From Spirochaetia bacterium (lineage in GTDB: Bacteria > Spirochaetota > Spirochaetia > SZUA-6 > Bin103), in the NCBI GenBank assembly GCA_965203055.1, contig OZ241863.1, forward strand, positions 3,680,001 to 3,744,000: 64,000 bases of DNA, written 5' to 3'. A program made the position numbers and the translations under genes. The notes below the pieces were generated by a model. The model was not told the DNA's origin, made no database searches, and was given only the letters and a program-made list of their open reading frames with translations. Below are positions 59,964 through 64,000 of the stretch, piece by piece (positions within the stretch are counted from its first letter, which is position 1; each line of letters opens with the position of its first letter).

Positions 59964-62230
59964 CCGCCGCGGCTCCGCCGCTGGCGCGCCGGGTGCTGCT
60001 GGCGGCGGTTCCCGCGGCCGCGGCGCTGGCGTTGCTGGCCGCCCTCTGGCGGGGGGCCGCGGCGGCGCCCGGCGGCGGCCCCCCGCAGCCGACCGCGCTG
60101 CCGTCGCAGGCGGACGACGTGGTCGCCGTCGCGCTGCAGTTCGGCGCTCGCGGCGGCGATGGGCTGGATGCGGCGAACCTGCCGCTCGTCGCCGAGGTGG
60201 ACGCCTACTTCCGCGCCATGGAGGGGCTGCGCGGCTATTCGTCGCCGTTGCGCGCCACCGTGGTGCGGGCGACCGAGTTCGACATCGTGGTGCGCCCGTT
60301 CGTGCCGCCAACGCTGCCGGAGGCGTATGACGCGCGCGCCGCGGCGGCGCTGCGCCGCTCCTACGACCGGTTCCCGGAGATCCATCCCTACTGGAGCGCC
60401 GACTTCAGAAGCGCCGCCTTCTACCTGGAGCTGGGGTCGCGGCTGGCGCCGGCGGTGCTGGTGGAGCAGTTGGAGCGCCTGCAGCGCGCCTTGGCTGATG
60501 AGTATGGCGCGGTCCTGCACTTTACCGGCGCGCGCCCCCTCGCGGAGTCGATCGGCCGCCTGATGGTGCGCGACCTGCGCGCCCTGCTGCCGCTGGTCGG
60601 CGCCGCCACCGCGGCGATCTTCCTGCTCACCTTCGGCGGGCCGCGCAGCGCGCTGGTCGCCCTGGCGGCTACGGCCAGCGCCGCGGCGGCCGGCAACGCC
60701 CTGTTCCTGCTGCTGGCCGGCGCCGGCTCGCCGCTCCTGATCCTGGCGCCGGTGTTCGCCGGCGGCCTGTTCAGCGACTACGCGATCCACATGGGTTACC
60801 ACCTGGGCTGGCGCGGCGACCGGTCGGCGCGCGCGGCGCGCGCCTACCTGCGCCTGCCGCTGGCGCTGACCGCGGCCACCACGGTGATCGGCTTCCTGGC
60901 GCTGGGCGGGGTGGGGAGCAACGTCCACCAGTTCGTGGCGGTGACGGTCAGCGCCGGGGCGCTGGCCGCGCTGGCGCTGGCGCTGTGGTGGATGCCGGCC
61001 GCCGGCCGCCTGCGCGGCGCGCGGCGCCGCGGCGCGGCCGGCGCGGTCGCGCGCCGCCTCCACCGCCTGCTGGTCGGGGTTCTGCTGCTGCTCGCGCGCC
61101 ACCGCCTGCCGGCAACCGCGCTGCTGCTGCTGCCGGTCGCCGCGGCCGTGCCGCAGCTCGGGCGGCTGGCGCCGGAGCCCTATCCGCTGCACCAGCTTCC
61201 GCCGGCCTCGACGATCGTGCAGGCGGAACGCATCTTCAACCGGGAGTTCGCCGGGACGGTGCCGTTCGCCGTCGAGATCGACGCCGGCCGCGCGGACGCC
61301 TTCCTGCAGCCGGCGGCGCTGGGTCACCTTGCGACCGCGCAACGAATGCTGGCCGAGGTGCCGGCGGTGGGCCACCAGCATTCGCTGCTGTCGGTGGTGC
61401 AGCGCATCCACCGCTACTTCAACACCGCGGCGGGCGCCGGGGAGCTGCCCGCGAGCGACGATCCCGAGCGGTTCGCGCGCGCAATCGCGCAATATCTGCT
61501 GTTCTACAGCGCCTCCGCCGACGCCGCCGAATATGCGGCGCTGGCCGACCACCGCCTGGCCGCGGTGCGGTTGCACGGCATCCTGCGCTACCACGACTTC
61601 GCCACCCTCGGCGCCCTGCGGCAAGCGGTGCAGCGCATCCGCGCGCGGTTGCCGGAGGAGTGGCGCATCAGCCTCAGCGGCCCGGCCCGCGAGCTGCTGG
61701 CGCACGGCGAACGGCTGCGCCGCAACTGGCTGCGCGCGGCCGCAGCCAGCGGCGTGTTGATCTTCGGGGCCGTGCTGGCGGTGTTCCGCAACCTGCGGCT
61801 GGCGCTGCTCAGTCTGGTCCCGGCGGGCGCCGTGCTGGTTGCCGTCAGCGGTCTGGCGCCCGCCTTCGGGGTGCGCATCGACGACTACACGGTGATTGCG
61901 CTCGCCGTCACCCTGGGGCTTGCCGTGGACTACACCATCCACGTGCTCAACGCGCTGCGCCATGCCGCGGGCGGCGACGGCCGGCGGCGGCACGGCGCGG
62001 CGGCAGCCAGAATCGGGCAGGCCTCCGCCATCGTGCGCGGCTGCGGGGTGCCCACGTGCATGAGCTTTCTCACCTCGCTGGCGGCGTTCCTGGCGCTGGC
62101 GGTCTCCTCGTTCTCCGGGGCCGTGCACTTCGGTATGATGATTGCAGCCGCAATCCTGGGCGCCCTGCTGTTGAGCCTGTTGCTCGCCGGATGGCACCTC
62201 GCCCGGACGGAGGTGGCATGCGACTCGTAA
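59960..62230 (+). CDS. MMPL/RND-family membrane transporter
   Basis: Two-fold repeat with GLFSDYAIH and GLAVDYTIH, many TM helices; start uncertain. Confidence 0.8.
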   Translation: MTAAAPPLARRVLLAAVPAAAALALLAALWRGAAAAPGGGPPQPTALPSQADDVVAVALQFGARGGDGLDAANLPLVAEVDAYFRAMEGLRGYSSPLRATVVRATEFDIVVRPFVPPTLPEAYDARAAAALRRSYDRFPEIHPYWSADFRSAAFYLELGSRLAPAVLVEQLERLQRALADEYGAVLHFTGARPLAESIGRLMVRDLRALLPLVGAATAAIFLLTFGGPRSALVALAATASAAAAGNALFLLLAGAGSPLLILAPVFAGGLFSDYAIHMGYHLGWRGDRSARAARAYLRLPLALTAATTVIGFLALGGVGSNVHQFVAVTVSAGALAALALALWWMPAAGRLRGARRRGAAGAVARRLHRLLVGVLLLLARHRLPATALLLLPVAAAVPQLGRLAPEPYPLHQLPPASTIVQAERIFNREFAGTVPFAVEIDAGRADAFLQPAALGHLATAQRMLAEVPAVGHQHSLLSVVQRIHRYFNTAAGAGELPASDDPERFARAIAQYLLFYSASADAAEYAALADHRLAAVRLHGILRYHDFATLGALRQAVQRIRARLPEEWRISLSGPARELLAHGERLRRNWLRAAAASGVLIFGAVLAVFRNLRLALLSLVPAGAVLVAVSGLAPAFGVRIDDYTVIALAVTLGLAVDYTIHVLNALRHAAGGDGRRRHGAAAARIGQASAIVRGCGVPTCMSFLTSLAAFLALAVSSFSGAVHFGMMIAAAILGALLLSLLLAGWHLARTEVACDS

Positions 62231-63000
62231 CCGTGGTTCCGATGCTGCTCGCCGCCCTGGCCTGGGCGGCGCCGTCGACCGCCGCCGCCCAGGACGCGGC
62301 GACGATCGCGGCCCGCGCCGACGCGCGCGGCGCGCCCGCCAATCTGAGCGGGTCCCTCACCCTGACCATCACCTCGCCGGACGGCGCGCAGCGCGTGATC
62401 CGCGCGGACGCCTACCAGAAGCGGCGCGGCGCCGAGCGCGAAGACCGGCTGTTCGTGTTTACCTTTCCGCCCAACGTGCGCGGCACGGCGCTGCTGGTCC
62501 ACTCCAACCTCGAACAGGGCGCCGACAGCATGTGGATCTACCTGCCCGCGCTGGAGCGGATCAAACGCGTCGACCTGGACGCCGCCGGGGGCGGCTATTT
62601 CCTCGGCAGCGACTTCACCTTTCGCGATCTGGTGAGCCGCGACCCGGCCGACTACGCGCACGCGCTGCTGCCGGCGGAAGACGCCGCCCACTACCTGATC
62701 GAGCTGCGCGGGCGCACCCCGGAGCTGCAGCGCGCGTTCGGCTACGCGCGCGAGGAGCACGTCATTCGCAAGGACGACTTCCAGCGCCAACGGGTGCGGT
62801 TCTACGACTTGGCCGGCGATCTGTTGAAGGAGCTTGTCGTGGAGGAGACGCACGCCGCGGGCGGCCATGCCTTCCCGTCGCGGGTACGCATGGTCAATCA
62901 TCAGACCGGCCACGTGTCCGAGATCGTATTCGAGGAGCTGTCGTTCTCTGCCGGCATCCCGGACCGGTTGTTTACCCGGCGCTACCTGCGGCAGCGGTAG
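62218..63000 (+). CDS. Outer membrane lipoprotein-sorting (LolA-like) protein
   Basis: Signal peptide, PPNVRGTALL, WIYLPAL, FLGSDFTFRD, LFTRRYL. Confidence 0.85.
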   Translation: MRLVTVVPMLLAALAWAAPSTAAAQDAATIAARADARGAPANLSGSLTLTITSPDGAQRVIRADAYQKRRGAEREDRLFVFTFPPNVRGTALLVHSNLEQGADSMWIYLPALERIKRVDLDAAGGGYFLGSDFTFRDLVSRDPADYAHALLPAEDAAHYLIELRGRTPELQRAFGYAREEHVIRKDDFQRQRVRFYDLAGDLLKELVVEETHAAGGHAFPSRVRMVNHQTGHVSEIVFEELSFSAGIPDRLFTRRYLRQR

Positions 63001-63007
63001 GCGCGGG

Positions 63008-64000
63008 ATGAGACGGCCCGTCAGGCGCGCCCGGCGTTCGGCCGCGCTGCTGGTCCCGGCGGCGCTGGCTGCGCTGGCGGCGGTGCCGGCGGCAGCCGAT
63101 GAGCTGGAGGTAGGCGTGAGCGGCCTGGTGCGGCTCGAGCACTTCTGGCTGGTAGCGGAGGATCGATCCTCCGCCGACGACCGGTCGCGGCTCACCGCGT
63201 TGAACCAGCTCCGGGCCGGCGCCGGCGACGGCTCGTGGACGGCGTTCCTGGAGCTGATCGGGCACCTCCGGGTCGGCCCCGACGGCGCCGCCCTCTCGCC
63301 CGACGAGTTGACCCTGGGCGACGCCGACGATCTGATCCGCCAAGCGTACCTCGCGTTGCGGCTGGGCGCGTTCGACGTCGACCTCGGCAAGAAGTTCGTG
63401 CCCTGGGGCAAGGTGGACTTCGCCAGCCCGCTGGACGTGGTCAACCACTTCAACGGCGACCTGCTGGCGCTGACCGACCCGTTGCACGGCCCGCGCGCCG
63501 ACCCGCTGCTGCGCGTCACCGCCTATCCGAGCGATGACCTGAGCGTGGAGCTGGTCTACGTACCGTTTCTCGCGCCCAACGCGCTGCCCTTCGAGGAGCT
63601 GGACCTCGACTTCCGGCTGGGCGCGCTCGACGTGGACGCCGCGTTGCGCTACCCGGAGGTGGCGCCGTTCGCGGAGTTCGCGCACTCGCTCCACGGCGCG
63701 GTCTCCTGGTCCACCTTCCTGCTCGACCTGCAGGTGAGCTACTCCTGGTTCCGCGACCAGATGCCCGACCTCGATCTGAGCCGGCTGCAGGAGCGGATCG
63801 GAGCGCGGCACGAGATCGAGGGCGTGGTGGTCCCCGCATACCACCGCGCCCACAACGTCGGCCTCGGCGCCAGCCTGGCCCTCGGCGGCTGGGTGATCTC
63901 GGCCGACGCCGGCGCCAAGTTCCTCGAACAGAACCTCTACGGAACCCGCATCGACCTCAAGAACCCGGAGATCCGCTCCGCGCTGCAGGTCGACCGGCTG
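63008..64000 (+). CDS. Probable outer-membrane beta-barrel protein (partial, runs off the window)
   Basis: Signal peptide, RQAYL..DLGKKFVPWG..SPLDVVN; follows the MMPL and LolA-like genes. Confidence 0.65.
   Translation, partial: MRRPVRRARRSAALLVPAALAALAAVPAAADELEVGVSGLVRLEHFWLVAEDRSSADDRSRLTALNQLRAGAGDGSWTAFLELIGHLRVGPDGAALSPDELTLGDADDLIRQAYLALRLGAFDVDLGKKFVPWGKVDFASPLDVVNHFNGDLLALTDPLHGPRADPLLRVTAYPSDDLSVELVYVPFLAPNALPFEELDLDFRLGALDVDAALRYPEVAPFAEFAHSLHGAVSWSTFLLDLQVSYSWFRDQMPDLDLSRLQERIGARHEIEGVVVPAYHRAHNVGLGASLALGGWVISADAGAKFLEQNLYGTRIDLKNPEIRSALQVDRL

Overview
High-GC bacterial chromosomal window from a diderm; Ala/Gly-rich 'AGGxEE' solute-binding leaders suggest a Spirochaetota-like organism (inference). 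Backbone: purA, a divergent pyrG, a PlsB-like acyltransferase, xylA, fba, pyruvate dehydrogenase (aceE, aceF, lpdA), transketolase, fabV, recQ, a Na+-pumping acyl-CoA decarboxylase operon, nadABC, sugar oxidoreductases, GH127, two peptide/oligosaccharide ABC clusters and an MMPL-LolA-like-barrel triad. Defence-type accessory genes are interspersed: three DNA methyltransferases (one a fragment), two AlbA_2/Schlafen-HATPase proteins, an SBD-HNH nuclease and two divergent AAA-nuclease genes. Non-coding structure seen directly includes a symmetric 66-bp double palindrome between the AAA-nuclease genes, an 11-bp-periodic Pho-box-like array, a duplicated operator plus 5' end shared by the ABC binding protein and GH127, two IS21 ends, compensating frameshifts in a GT2 gene and a decayed SDR duplicate. 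No CRISPR array, rRNA, tRNA or reverse transcriptase was recognised. Product calls rest on motif recognition only; no searches were run.
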